Below are positions 17,652 through 26,867 of a stretch of 64,000 nucleotides of DNA, one piece after another (position 1 is the first letter of the stretch; the number at the start of each line of letters is the position of its first letter). The DNA lies in contig OZ242318.1 in the NCBI GenBank assembly GCA_965208105.1, positions 3,200,001-3,264,000 of the forward strand, read 5' to 3'. The translations under genes and the position numbers were made by a program. The DNA comes from Candidatus Latescibacterota bacterium (GTDB taxonomy: Bacteria > Latescibacterota > UBA2968 > UBA8231). The notes beneath the pieces are model-generated. The model ran no database searches. It was not told where the DNA came from and saw nothing but the letters and a program-made list of their open reading frames with translations.

Positions 17652-18514
17652 TTTCAGGCAGGACCCAGGTTCTCGGTGTCATTGGACACCCGGTGGAGCA
17701 TACTTTCTCCCCTGCCATGCACAATGCGGCGCTCAAGGCCCTGGCAGTGGATTCCGTGTATCTGGCTTTCCACGTGCTTCCCGAATTCCTCGGGGAAGCC
17801 ATGGCCGGGATGCGCGCCCTGCAAGTCAGGGGCCTGAATGTGACCGTGCCGCACAAGCAGGGCGCGATGGAGTGGCTCGACGAAATCTCGCCGGAGGCGC
17901 GCGCCATCGGCGCGGTAAACACGATCGACAACCGCGATGGCCGCCTCAAGGGCTACAATACCGACGCCTTCGGGGTCATGGAAAGTCTGAGGCGGCAGGC
18001 GGGCCTGGAAGAGCTGCCTCCGCTGGTCGTGCTGCTGGGAGCGGGGGGAGCGGCGCGGGCAATTTTATACGGCCTGCTGCGGCAGAAGGAGGTGGAGGAG
18101 GTCCTGGTGCTCAACCGCACGGTTGAAAAGGCGGAAGGATTGGCCTGCGATCTGGACCCGGGAGGCCGGAGAGTCCGGATAGGGTCGCTGGAGCGAGGCC
18201 GGCAGGCGCGCGTTCGGGATGCGGGACTGCTGATCAACTCGACATCGGTGGGAATGCATCCGCACGAAGGTGTCCCGCCTCTGGTGGGTCGTGGATCTAT
18301 GCACCCCGGGATGGTGGTGCTGGATATCGTCTACAATCCATTGCGCACCCGGTTGATGGAAGAGGCGGAGGCAGCGCGGGGGAGGGCGCTGAACGGCCTG
18401 GGGATGCTGGTGTATCAAGGGGCTCGCTCATTCGAGATCTGGACGGGAAAGAAGCCGCCCGTCGAGGTGATGATGGAGGTGGCTCAACAGGTCTTTGGAC
18501 GGCCGCCAGTGTAG
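17648..18514 (+). CDS. aroE: Shikimate dehydrogenase
   Basis: GHPVEHTFSPAMHN, NVTVPHK, GAVNT, GYNTD, GAGGAAR, GMLVYQG. Confidence 0.95.
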   Translation: MISGRTQVLGVIGHPVEHTFSPAMHNAALKALAVDSVYLAFHVLPEFLGEAMAGMRALQVRGLNVTVPHKQGAMEWLDEISPEARAIGAVNTIDNRDGRLKGYNTDAFGVMESLRRQAGLEELPPLVVLLGAGGAARAILYGLLRQKEVEEVLVLNRTVEKAEGLACDLDPGGRRVRIGSLERGRQARVRDAGLLINSTSVGMHPHEGVPPLVGRGSMHPGMVVLDIVYNPLRTRLMEEAEAARGRALNGLGMLVYQGARSFEIWTGKKPPVEVMMEVAQQVFGRPPV

Positions 18515-18591
18515 AAATTGAAGAAGGAATTGGATGAGGGCCCGGCCACTCTGCCGATCGCGCGGCAGGCTGCGTCGGGTTTCCGGATGAG

Positions 18592-20292
18592 ATGAATCTG
18601 TTTGTGGATGAAATCGTAGGCAGAATCGTTAAAGCCTCTGGACTGGGCGATGAGCAGGTGCGCAGCTCCCTGAGCGTTCCTCCGAGGGAGGATATGGGAG
18701 ACTATGCCCTGGTTTGTTTTGCGCTGGCCAAGCAGTTGCGGGCGAATCCGGCGAAAATTGCCTCGGACCTGGCAGCCAAGGTTGAGCCCGGGGATGGAAT
18801 TGAGAGGGTCGAGGCGGTCGGCCCCTATCTGAACTTCATCCTGGAACGGGGCCCTTTCATTTCCCATACCTTGAGGAAGGTCCTCGAACATGGGGAAGCT
18901 TATGGGAGCAGCGGGCAGGGGAGGGGAAAAACCCTGGTCATTGACTTTTCCTCCCCCAATCTGGCCAAGCAGTTCAGCATCGCCCATCTGCGTTCCACGG
19001 CCATTGGCCATTCCATTTACAAGCTACATGCTTTTCTGGGTTGGAATTGCGTGGGGATCAATCACCTGGGTGACTGGGGAGGAAACTTCGGCCAGTTGTT
19101 GGCCGCTTACCGGAGATGGGCGGATCCGGAGGAGGTGAAGGCCAATCCGCTTGCCCAGTTTCTGGCCCTCTACACCCGCTTCAACGAGGAGTTGGAGAAG
19201 AAACCGGGACTGCAGGAAGAGGCCAGGCAGTGCGTGCGCGAGCTCGAAGCGGGCAACGCGGAGGTGCAGGCCACTTGGCGCTTCTTCGTGGAGGAAAGCC
19301 TCAGAGAAGCGGAGCGCATCTATGAAATTCTCGGAGTGCGCTTCGATGCAACCCTGGGAGAAAGCTTCTTTGCCGAGAGGATCGACGATGTCATCGGCCA
19401 GTTCGAGGCTGCGGGACTGGCCAGGGAGAGCGAGGGGGCGCTTATCGTCGACCTGCAGGAATGGGACATGCCGCCGTGCATCTTGCGCACCAGCAGAGGG
19501 ACGAGTACCTACCACAGCCGCGACCTGGCTGCCTTGTTCTACAGGCAGGAAAGGTACAGCTTCGACAAGATGGTCTACGTGACCGATGTCAGGCAGAATC
19601 TTCATTTCCGCCAGCTGTTCAAGGCAGTCGAGTTGCTGGGCAAGGATTGGATCGACCGCTGCGAGCACGCCCCTTTCGGGATGATGAGTTTCAAGGGGGA
19701 GAAAATGTCCACCCGCAAGGGCAACATGGTTTTTCTGGAGGATGTCCTCAACGAGGCGGTTGAGCTTGTGGGAAGGACGATCGAGGAGAAAAACCCGGGT
19801 CTGAGCGAAAGGGCCGGAGTAGCTCAACAGGTGGGCGTCGGCGCGTTGGTTTTCGCTGATTTGGATTCGCGCAGGACCCGGGACGTGGTCTTCGACTGGA
19901 ATGACGTGCTCAATTTCGATGGAGAGACCGGCCCCTATCTCCAGTACACCCATGCGCGCTTCTGCAGTATTCTGCGCAAATTCGGCAGAGACCCGGACCC
20001 GGCGGCCGACCTCGGGGTTTTGGGAGAGGAAGCAGAGATGCGGGTGGCGCGGAAGCTGGCGCAGTTTCCCGGCTGCCTGGAATTGGCATGCGGGGGAAAC
20101 GAGCCTTCGCTGCTATCGACCTATCTGCTCGAATTGGCAGCGATCGCCAACAAGTTCTACAATGAGTTGCCCGTTTTGAGCGGGGAAGACTCCGCCCTGG
20201 TCGAGGCGCGCGTCTTGCTGGTCGGATGCGTGAGCCAGGTGTTGCGAACCGGGCTTTCCCTGCTGGGCATGCAGGCGCCGGTTGAAATGTAA
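18592..20292 (+). CDS. argS: Arginine--tRNA ligase
   Basis: GDYA, GPYLNF, DFSSPNLAK, HLRST, NHLGDWG, KMSTRKG, GPYLQYTHAR. Confidence 0.95.
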   Translation: MNLFVDEIVGRIVKASGLGDEQVRSSLSVPPREDMGDYALVCFALAKQLRANPAKIASDLAAKVEPGDGIERVEAVGPYLNFILERGPFISHTLRKVLEHGEAYGSSGQGRGKTLVIDFSSPNLAKQFSIAHLRSTAIGHSIYKLHAFLGWNCVGINHLGDWGGNFGQLLAAYRRWADPEEVKANPLAQFLALYTRFNEELEKKPGLQEEARQCVRELEAGNAEVQATWRFFVEESLREAERIYEILGVRFDATLGESFFAERIDDVIGQFEAAGLARESEGALIVDLQEWDMPPCILRTSRGTSTYHSRDLAALFYRQERYSFDKMVYVTDVRQNLHFRQLFKAVELLGKDWIDRCEHAPFGMMSFKGEKMSTRKGNMVFLEDVLNEAVELVGRTIEEKNPGLSERAGVAQQVGVGALVFADLDSRRTRDVVFDWNDVLNFDGETGPYLQYTHARFCSILRKFGRDPDPAADLGVLGEEAEMRVARKLAQFPGCLELACGGNEPSLLSTYLLELAAIANKFYNELPVLSGEDSALVEARVLLVGCVSQVLRTGLSLLGMQAPVEM

Positions 20293-20311
20293 CATGGGGG
20301 TGAAGGGCGGC

Positions 20312-20863
20312 ATGGTGGTAAAAGGGCCCATCTTTTTGACTGGATTCATGGGGACGGGGAAGAGCCGCGTCGGGAGGACGCTGGCGGCACATCTGGGGTG
20401 GGATTTCATAGACACTGATCGAATGATAGAAGCGCGCACGGGCAGAACCATAGCGGAAATCTTCGACGCCTCGGGAGAGGCGGAGTTCCGCCAGGTGGAA
20501 CACGAGTGCGTGGCATTGGCGGCAGGGCGCAGCGACGCCGTGATCGCCCTGGGTGGAGGAGCCTTGACCGAGGAACGCAACTGGCATCTCATCCGCAAGG
20601 CGGGAGTGGTGGTGGCCTTGAAGGCGGATGTCGAGACCATTCTCGAACGGGTCGGCCGGCGCGATGACCGGCCTCTCCTCGCCGGATTGAATCAGGAGGA
20701 GAAGCGCGCCAGGGTCCGGGACATGCTGGCGGACCGGGCGCGGTTCTATGACCGCGCCGACCTCGAGGTCTGGACCGACAACGAGCAGGCCCCCGAGGCG
20801 ACTGCGGAGGAAATTATCGAACTGGCGGAGCAGTGGTGTGCATTGCATAGACGTAGGACTTGA
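20312..20863 (+). CDS. aroK: Shikimate kinase
   Basis: GFMGTGKS P-loop, DTD, GEAEFR, GGG, RPLL. Confidence 0.94.
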   Translation: MVVKGPIFLTGFMGTGKSRVGRTLAAHLGWDFIDTDRMIEARTGRTIAEIFDASGEAEFRQVEHECVALAAGRSDAVIALGGGALTEERNWHLIRKAGVVVALKADVETILERVGRRDDRPLLAGLNQEEKRARVRDMLADRARFYDRADLEVWTDNEQAPEATAEEIIELAEQWCALHRRRT

Positions 20864-21941
20864 GGAACGAGGGTATTCCGTCCGCGTCGGGTCCGGGATC
20901 CTGCCACGGCTGGGCAGGCATTGCAGGGAGCTCGACCTGGGATCTCGCGTGGCCGTGATCAGCGACGAAGCGGTAGCCGAATGCTATTTGCGACCGGTCG
21001 TCTCAAGCCTCGAGGAGACCGGCTACAAGGTGCTGGATGTGGTGTTTTCGGGAGGGGAGACGGCAAAGAGCCTGGAGGCCGCCGATTCACAGGTATTCGC
21101 TCCAATGATTGACGCCGAACTCGACCGCGGTGCATGGGTATTGGCTCTGGGCGGCGGAGTGGTGGGGGACCTGGCGGGGTTCGTGGCGGCGACCTTTCTG
21201 CGCGGCATTGAATATGTCCAGGTCCCGACATCGATCGTGGCACAGGTGGATGCCAGCATCGGGGGCAAGACCGCGGTGAATCATCGCCTGGGAAAGAACC
21301 TCATCGGCGCTTTTCACCAGCCGCGATTGGTTTACATTGACACCCAGGTACTTAAAACCCTGCCGCAGCGCGAAGTGGTTGCCGGCCTGGCAGAGGTTGT
21401 CAAGCACGGAATGATTCGCGACGAGGAACTCTTTGCATTCATGGAGGAGCATCTGGACGAAGCCCTGGCCATGGAGCTCCGGCCGGAAATGCTGGACTGG
21501 TTGATTGCCCGGAATGTGGAGATCAAGGTGGGAGTCGTCGAGGCGGATGAGAAGGAGGGCGGATTGCGGGCGATTCTCAACTATGGCCACACAATCGGCC
21601 AGGCCATCGAAGCAGCCACGGAATATAAGCGCTACCGGCACGGGGAAGCGGTGATCCTCGGCATGATCGGGGCAGGCGAGATCGCGCTGAGGAAGGGGTT
21701 GTGGCCGGGGGCTGAGCGGCGTCGGCAGGATGCTTTGCTGGAACGCATGGGAGTGCCAGGGGGATTGGCCGGTGTGTCCACCGACCGAATTCTGGCGCGT
21801 ACGAGGGCGGATAAAAAGCGCCTGGATGGCAGGTCGAGGTTTGTGCTTGCCCGTCGGATAGGCGAGGTGGAGATCGTGGATGGGGTGGAAGAGGAGGTGG
21901 TGAGAGCAGGGGTAGAGTACGTAAAGCGCAACTACGGGTAA
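20838..21941 (+). CDS. aroB: 3-dehydroquinate synthase
   Basis: GTG start; GGGVVGDLAGF, VDASIGGKT, KNLIGAFHQP, LNYGHT. Confidence 0.95.
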   Translation: MHCIDVGLEERGYSVRVGSGILPRLGRHCRELDLGSRVAVISDEAVAECYLRPVVSSLEETGYKVLDVVFSGGETAKSLEAADSQVFAPMIDAELDRGAWVLALGGGVVGDLAGFVAATFLRGIEYVQVPTSIVAQVDASIGGKTAVNHRLGKNLIGAFHQPRLVYIDTQVLKTLPQREVVAGLAEVVKHGMIRDEELFAFMEEHLDEALAMELRPEMLDWLIARNVEIKVGVVEADEKEGGLRAILNYGHTIGQAIEAATEYKRYRHGEAVILGMIGAGEIALRKGLWPGAERRRQDALLERMGVPGGLAGVSTDRILARTRADKKRLDGRSRFVLARRIGEVEIVDGVEEEVVRAGVEYVKRNYG

Positions 21942-22025
21942 GCAGCTGGAGACTGGAAGGGAATCTTCGGCCGAGCAGAAGGGGACTGGCCGGCCTTTCG
22001 GCGCTTGGGCGCAGGAACTTGGAAG

Positions 22026-23351
22026 ATGTCAAGAATGGATTCCAAAAAGGTACATTTGATCAGCCTCGGTTGTCCGAAAAACATGGTGGATTCCGAGAGG
22101 ATGCTGGGGCTTTTGCGGGGCAATGCGTACGAGATCGTTGCCGATCCAGGAGAGGCGGAGGTGGTGGTGGTGAATACCTGTGGCTTCATCGGACCGGCCA
22201 AGGAGGAGTCGATCGAGGCGGTCATGGCGGCGCATCAGCTCAAGGAAGAAGGACGGTGCGAAGGCGTAATCGTGACCGGCTGCCTGGCCGAGCGCTACGA
22301 AAAGGAACTGAAGAGCGAACTGGTTGAAGCCGACCAGATTCTCACTATCGAGGAGGAAAGCGGAATTGTCGGCCATGTGGACCGCCTTCTGGGCAATTCC
22401 CGCCAGCGCTATATCGAGAGTGCTCCAAGGGTCCCACTGACTCCGCGCCACTGGGCCTATTTGCGCATTTCCGACGGCTGCGATCACCAGTGCGCCTTTT
22501 GCGCAATCCCCTTGATCAAAGGTCCACACCGCAGCGAGCCCGTGGAAAAGCTCGTAGAAGAGGCGCGAAACCTGGCAGGGTCCGGCGTGCGCGAGCTGGT
22601 GCTGGTGTCGCAGGATTCGGTGCGCTATGGGGCGGACCTCTATGGCCGTTCCAGGCTGGTAGCGCTGATGCAGGAACTTTCCGAAATCGATGGAATCGAG
22701 TGGATCCGCCTGATGTATACCTATCCCGCTTTCTGGACCGAGGAGATGATCGACATCTATGCCTCGAACGAAAAGATATGCGCCTACGTGGACATGCCTC
22801 TACAGCACATCTCCGACCCGGTGCTGCGGCGAATGAAGCGGGCGACCACAAAGAGGAAGACCCTGCATCTCCTCGAACGCCTGCGTTCGCGCCTCCCCGC
22901 GGTCGGGCTGCGTTCATCCTTCATCATGGGGTTCCCGGGCGAGACCGAGGAGCAGTTCGAGGAGTTGCTGGAGTTTGTCGAGGCAACCCGCTTTGATTAC
23001 GTCACCGGCTTCCTCTACTCACCCGAGGAAGGAACCTCCGCTTCGGAGTTGGATGGGGAAGTCCCCGAGGAGGTCAAAGAGGAGCGCTACCGCCGGCTCA
23101 CACAACTGCACGAGGAGATTTCAGCACAGATTAACGCCGAGTTGATCGGTACGAGGCAGGTTGTCCTGGTGGACGAGAACGACGAAGACGAGGGAGTCAG
23201 CTACGGCCGGATGGAACGGGACGCTCCCGAAATCGACGGACAGGTCGTGATTGCAGGTGGAAAGGCCGAGGCTGGAAAGTTCGTGGAAGTTGAGATTACC
23301 GAGGCCCATCCCTACGAGGTCAGCGCCCGCGCCGTGGGCATGCCCCATTGA
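22026..23351 (+). CDS. rimO: Ribosomal protein S12 methylthiotransferase
   Basis: SLGCPKNMVDSE, NTCGFI, CDHQCAFC radical-SAM motif, DAPEIDG TRAM domain. Confidence 0.93.
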   Translation: MSRMDSKKVHLISLGCPKNMVDSERMLGLLRGNAYEIVADPGEAEVVVVNTCGFIGPAKEESIEAVMAAHQLKEEGRCEGVIVTGCLAERYEKELKSELVEADQILTIEEESGIVGHVDRLLGNSRQRYIESAPRVPLTPRHWAYLRISDGCDHQCAFCAIPLIKGPHRSEPVEKLVEEARNLAGSGVRELVLVSQDSVRYGADLYGRSRLVALMQELSEIDGIEWIRLMYTYPAFWTEEMIDIYASNEKICAYVDMPLQHISDPVLRRMKRATTKRKTLHLLERLRSRLPAVGLRSSFIMGFPGETEEQFEELLEFVEATRFDYVTGFLYSPEEGTSASELDGEVPEEVKEERYRRLTQLHEEISAQINAELIGTRQVVLVDENDEDEGVSYGRMERDAPEIDGQVVIAGGKAEAGKFVEVEITEAHPYEVSARAVGMPH

Positions 23352-23360
23352 GATTCCGGC

Positions 23361-23720
23361 ATGGAGCGGAAAAGGAAACGAGTCGCCAGTGTTGAGTTGA
23401 GGGAGAAAGAAGGACGGCTGGTCATCCATTGGCAGGACGGCCACGAGAGCCGGTTTGCCCTCGAGCAACTGCGCAGGGACTGTCCTTGCGCCGTGTGCAG
23501 GGAGGCGCGATCGGAAATCGGGTTGCAGCAATCCCGGGATGAGGGCCTGAACCTGATCGACGGAGTCGCCTCTACAGCTACCGCCACGGCGCGGAAGTAC
23601 GACTATGTGGGGCGCTATGGCCTGCGCATCACCTGGGCGGATGGCCACGATACGGGGATCTACACTTTCGAAGCACTGCGGAAGCTGGACGAGCTTCAGG
23701 GGTCATGCCAGGACGAGTGA
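23361..23720 (+). CDS. DUF971 / GBBH N-terminal-like protein
   Basis: W.DGH, LRRDCPCAVC, VGRYG, WADGHDTGIY. Confidence 0.85.
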   Translation: MERKRKRVASVELREKEGRLVIHWQDGHESRFALEQLRRDCPCAVCREARSEIGLQQSRDEGLNLIDGVASTATATARKYDYVGRYGLRITWADGHDTGIYTFEALRKLDELQGSCQDE

Positions 23721-23803
23721 GCAACCAGGTGGACCGACCTGTCATCCGGCGCCGGAGGCGAGCCGGCCGCTTCTACGGCCTCGTTCGTAGGCTTGAATAC
23801 GCA

Positions 23804-25900
23804 CTAGGAAGTTGCGGCATCCTCCGCCGCAGAAATGTCGCGAGGGGCGCGGGCAATCCACAGTTCCATCAGGAGCACGGCCAGTGCAAGTGCGAGGAAC
23901 TCGCGCCAGAGCTCTCGGCCGTAACGGTTGCCGAGGACCTTGGCGGCCAGCTCTTCCCGGGTATGGATGAACCGGGTTCGGTGCGGTCCGAAGATCTCGT
24001 CCAGACGCGGTTGGCCGACCGGCGCAAGCGCTGATTCCCGGATATCGACGTTTACCGGGAAGCTGTCGACCTGCTTTCCCCCCGCCCAAAGGCGCCACAA
24101 GCCCGACTCACCAACCTGCGGAATCTTCCAGTGGTAGCGTCCTTTGACTAGTTCAGGCTCGATAAATACGCGCCTGCCCGAGGGGGTTTCTGCCTGCACG
24201 GCAGATTCGAACGCGATGCCCTCCAGCTGGCGGTAAACGGATTGGCCCACTGTATAGGAATTGCGGTGATCCGGAGAGAGGCTGAGGTAGCGGACGAGGC
24301 GGTGGAGGAGGGGGACGAAGATTCCCTTCAATGGAAGATCGTTCCATTGAAGGGAGAGTGGTGCGGCGAACAGGATCGTGCGCCCGAGTTCCTTCCAGCC
24401 CTGGGCAAGTGCCAGGTGGCCATCCTCGAAGTATGCAAAGGGCTGCAGACTGCTGGTCGGGGCCAAATCGAAGGATTCGTAGAAGCGCGGTTGATCCTGG
24501 GCCACGTCCGTCAACAGGTCATGAAAGACGGAGTGATGCGGTCTGTCCCTGTCGATAAGCTGGAAGCTCGTCTCGTCTTCACTGTCGCCTGTGATCCCCT
24601 TGAAATAGGCCGGCAGCAGACCGGGCAACAGGTCCCTGTTGAAGAAATTCAGATCGGCCTGGGTGGAGGGGAACACTACAAGGCCGCCTCCCGCGGCCAC
24701 AAAGTTGTGGAGGGACCGGGTCTGGTCGGCGTTGAGTCGCTCCAGATTGCACAGCAGGAGGACGTGGACGCCTTCCAGCGATTTTTCGTTCAGATCAGCG
24801 AAGAGAGCGCTTTCTATCTCGAGAACGGGATCCACGAGGGCAACCGAATTGAGGGCCTGGCGTGGATAGTAGGTGTCGGCAGGTTTGCCGCCGAGTAGGA
24901 GAACCCGGATCACGGACGGTATTTCCAGGGCGAAGAAGCGCCTGTTGTCCAGCCTGAGCTCGTCATCCTCGGCTTCGACGTGGGCGGTCAGGCGGCCTTC
25001 TCGCGGAGGCGTAATGATGAACTCGACCTCCGCCTCTTCTCCGGAGTCCAAATTCACTTCACCGTGGCGCACCCGCTCGTCGGCAAGGTAGAGGTCGAGA
25101 GCAACGCCGGCGGCCGGCCGCTTTGCCCCGTTGGTCAGGCCGACCTGAACGGCGAGCTTTTTACCCGGTGCCGGCATCCAGCTGAGGACGCGGACGGCGT
25201 CGACGTGGATGTTGTCTCGTGCTTCCTCCTCCGGGGCAATGAAGTAAATGGGAACCTCGGGAAGCCATTGCCCCCGATCTTCCACTTCTGACCAGGCGTA
25301 CGCTGCCAGGTCGGTGAAGAGAAAGACTTCGCGGTTCATGGCCTCCCTGCCTGCGAGCTGTTGCTCGGCGGCGTGAAGGGCAGCGGCTATATTGGTGGAT
25401 CCCTCCCCCGGGACCAATCCACGCACCCGCTCCTTGAGGTGCTGAAGATCGACGATATCCTCAAGGGGAGTTGCCTCGATGGCAAAAGGGATGAACACAA
25501 TTTCGTCTCGAGGATCGAACAGGTCCAACAAGGCAAGCGCCTGGTGTTGCAGTTGGTCGAATATGCGTCCCCCGGGCAGGTTGTAGCGGGTGCTGTAGGA
25601 ATGGTCCAGGAGCACCACGGCCGCAGTGGGCGGCGAACTGCCCAACCAGCCGTCGTTTCCGCTTTGGTAGACGGGTCGCGCAAAGGCACACACGATCAGA
25701 AGGATGGCGAGTGTGCGCAGAAAGAGGACCAGCCATTGACGCATGCGCATGCGGCGCATGCGGCTCTGATGCAGCCGCCTGAGAAAAGCGAGGTTGCTGA
25801 ATGGCCGAGGAGGAGTGCGGCCGCGATTGAGGAGGTGAATGGCGAGGGGAATGGCCGCGGCTACCAAGCCCACAAGGAGGGCGGGATTGAGAAATTGCAA
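23804..25900 (-). CDS. BatA N-terminal / vWA domain membrane protein
   Basis: FLNP...IPLAIHL...LRTL...FARP BatA N-terminus; DHSYS MIDAS-like motif, FTD; C-terminal ELW..LME transmembrane segment. Confidence 0.8.
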   Translation of the reverse strand: MQFLNPALLVGLVAAAIPLAIHLLNRGRTPPRPFSNLAFLRRLHQSRMRRMRMRQWLVLFLRTLAILLIVCAFARPVYQSGNDGWLGSSPPTAAVVLLDHSYSTRYNLPGGRIFDQLQHQALALLDLFDPRDEIVFIPFAIEATPLEDIVDLQHLKERVRGLVPGEGSTNIAAALHAAEQQLAGREAMNREVFLFTDLAAYAWSEVEDRGQWLPEVPIYFIAPEEEARDNIHVDAVRVLSWMPAPGKKLAVQVGLTNGAKRPAAGVALDLYLADERVRHGEVNLDSGEEAEVEFIITPPREGRLTAHVEAEDDELRLDNRRFFALEIPSVIRVLLLGGKPADTYYPRQALNSVALVDPVLEIESALFADLNEKSLEGVHVLLLCNLERLNADQTRSLHNFVAAGGGLVVFPSTQADLNFFNRDLLPGLLPAYFKGITGDSEDETSFQLIDRDRPHHSVFHDLLTDVAQDQPRFYESFDLAPTSSLQPFAYFEDGHLALAQGWKELGRTILFAAPLSLQWNDLPLKGIFVPLLHRLVRYLSLSPDHRNSYTVGQSVYRQLEGIAFESAVQAETPSGRRVFIEPELVKGRYHWKIPQVGESGLWRLWAGGKQVDSFPVNVDIRESALAPVGQPRLDEIFGPHRTRFIHTREELAAKVLGNRYGRELWREFLALALAVLLMELWIARAPRDISAAEDAATS

Positions 25901-25945
25901 GGTCCAGACGAGGCTTTTTGGGGTTCGTACGAGGATCCCGGGGCA

Positions 25946-26113
25946 CTAGTTTACCCCCGCAGAAATATGTCGCCATTTTTCCGCCGATCCATCCCGGCTC
26001 ACGGCGTTGCCTTCACTCGCCGTACACCACTGGTACGACTCGCTCAGGCGCCTTGTGAGCCGGGCGCCTCGGCGGCCCAATTGCGTCAACCTATCTCTGC
26101 GACGGGGCACTAG
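25946..26113. mobile_element. MITE-like repeat, copy 2 (CTAG + 160 bp + CTAG)
   Basis: About 151/160 identical by eye to 11154-11313; CTAG on both sides; left IR degenerate. Confidence 0.85.
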
Positions 26114-26580
26114 GAAGAAGGGTGTTTCTTTTCTTCCATTTCGATGGCACTGATCACCTCTTCGGCAGTGGAAGAAGCGATCAGTCTCTTTTTGAAATCG
26201 TCGTTTTTAAGTAGACGCGAGATCCGTGCGAGGGCTTTGATGTGAGGTCCCGAAATATTGGCAGGGGAAACGAGAAGGAAGAAGACGTAGGCGGCCTCCC
26301 CGTCCAGGGCTTCGAATTCAACCCCTCTCCTCTGGGTTCCCAGAGCAGCGGCTAAACGGATCACTGCATCGGACTTGCCGTGAGGTATTGCGATGCCGTC
26401 GCCGATGCCTGTGCTCATGACCTTTTCGCGCTCGAGAACCGCTTTCAGCACCTTGCCTTTGTCGGTGATGACTTTGCCGACTTCCAGGGCGTCGACCAGT
26501 TCCTCGATAATGGCTTCCTTGGTCTCGCCTTTCAGGTCGACGATGGTGGAATTGGGCGAAAGGATTTCCATTAACTTCAT
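26110..26580 (-). CDS. PTS IIA component (Ntr/fructose-type)
   Basis: ERE..MSTGIGDGIAIPHG, HIKALARISR. Confidence 0.92.
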   Translation of the reverse strand: MKLMEILSPNSTIVDLKGETKEAIIEELVDALEVGKVITDKGKVLKAVLEREKVMSTGIGDGIAIPHGKSDAVIRLAAALGTQRRGVEFEALDGEAAYVFFLLVSPANISGPHIKALARISRLLKNDDFKKRLIASSTAEEVISAIEMEEKKHPSS

Positions 26581-26809
26581 TGACGATTCTCCGATATGCC
26601 GCGTTTCTCAGAATAATCAGAATAATATGGATATGGCAAGTATTAGTCAACCGTTTCCCCGGGGAGAAAATAAATCGAGACATGAGTGGGTACCTGGCGA
26701 GGAAAGAAAAGGAAAGGCTGGAGGCGGATCAGCCCCAATCGCCATCCTCGGTGCCTTGATTTTGCCGGGGCCAGGCACAGAATATCCGGAGTGCATCTGT
26801 TTGATGAAA

Positions 26810-26839
26810 TTGACGCCCCTCGCCACCAGGGGATATAAT
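26810..26839 (+). promoter_or_regulatory. Sigma70-type promoter of the glycosyltransferase operon
   Basis: TTGACG, 18-bp spacer, TATAAT. Confidence 0.6.
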
Positions 26840-26867
26840 TAAAGTGACTCCGGATTCTGGATTCACA

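Noticed and set aside
20748-20863. aroK-aroB frameshifted fusion
   Set aside because: aroB has its own GTG at 20838 with an upstream GGAG; a short overlap is ordinary
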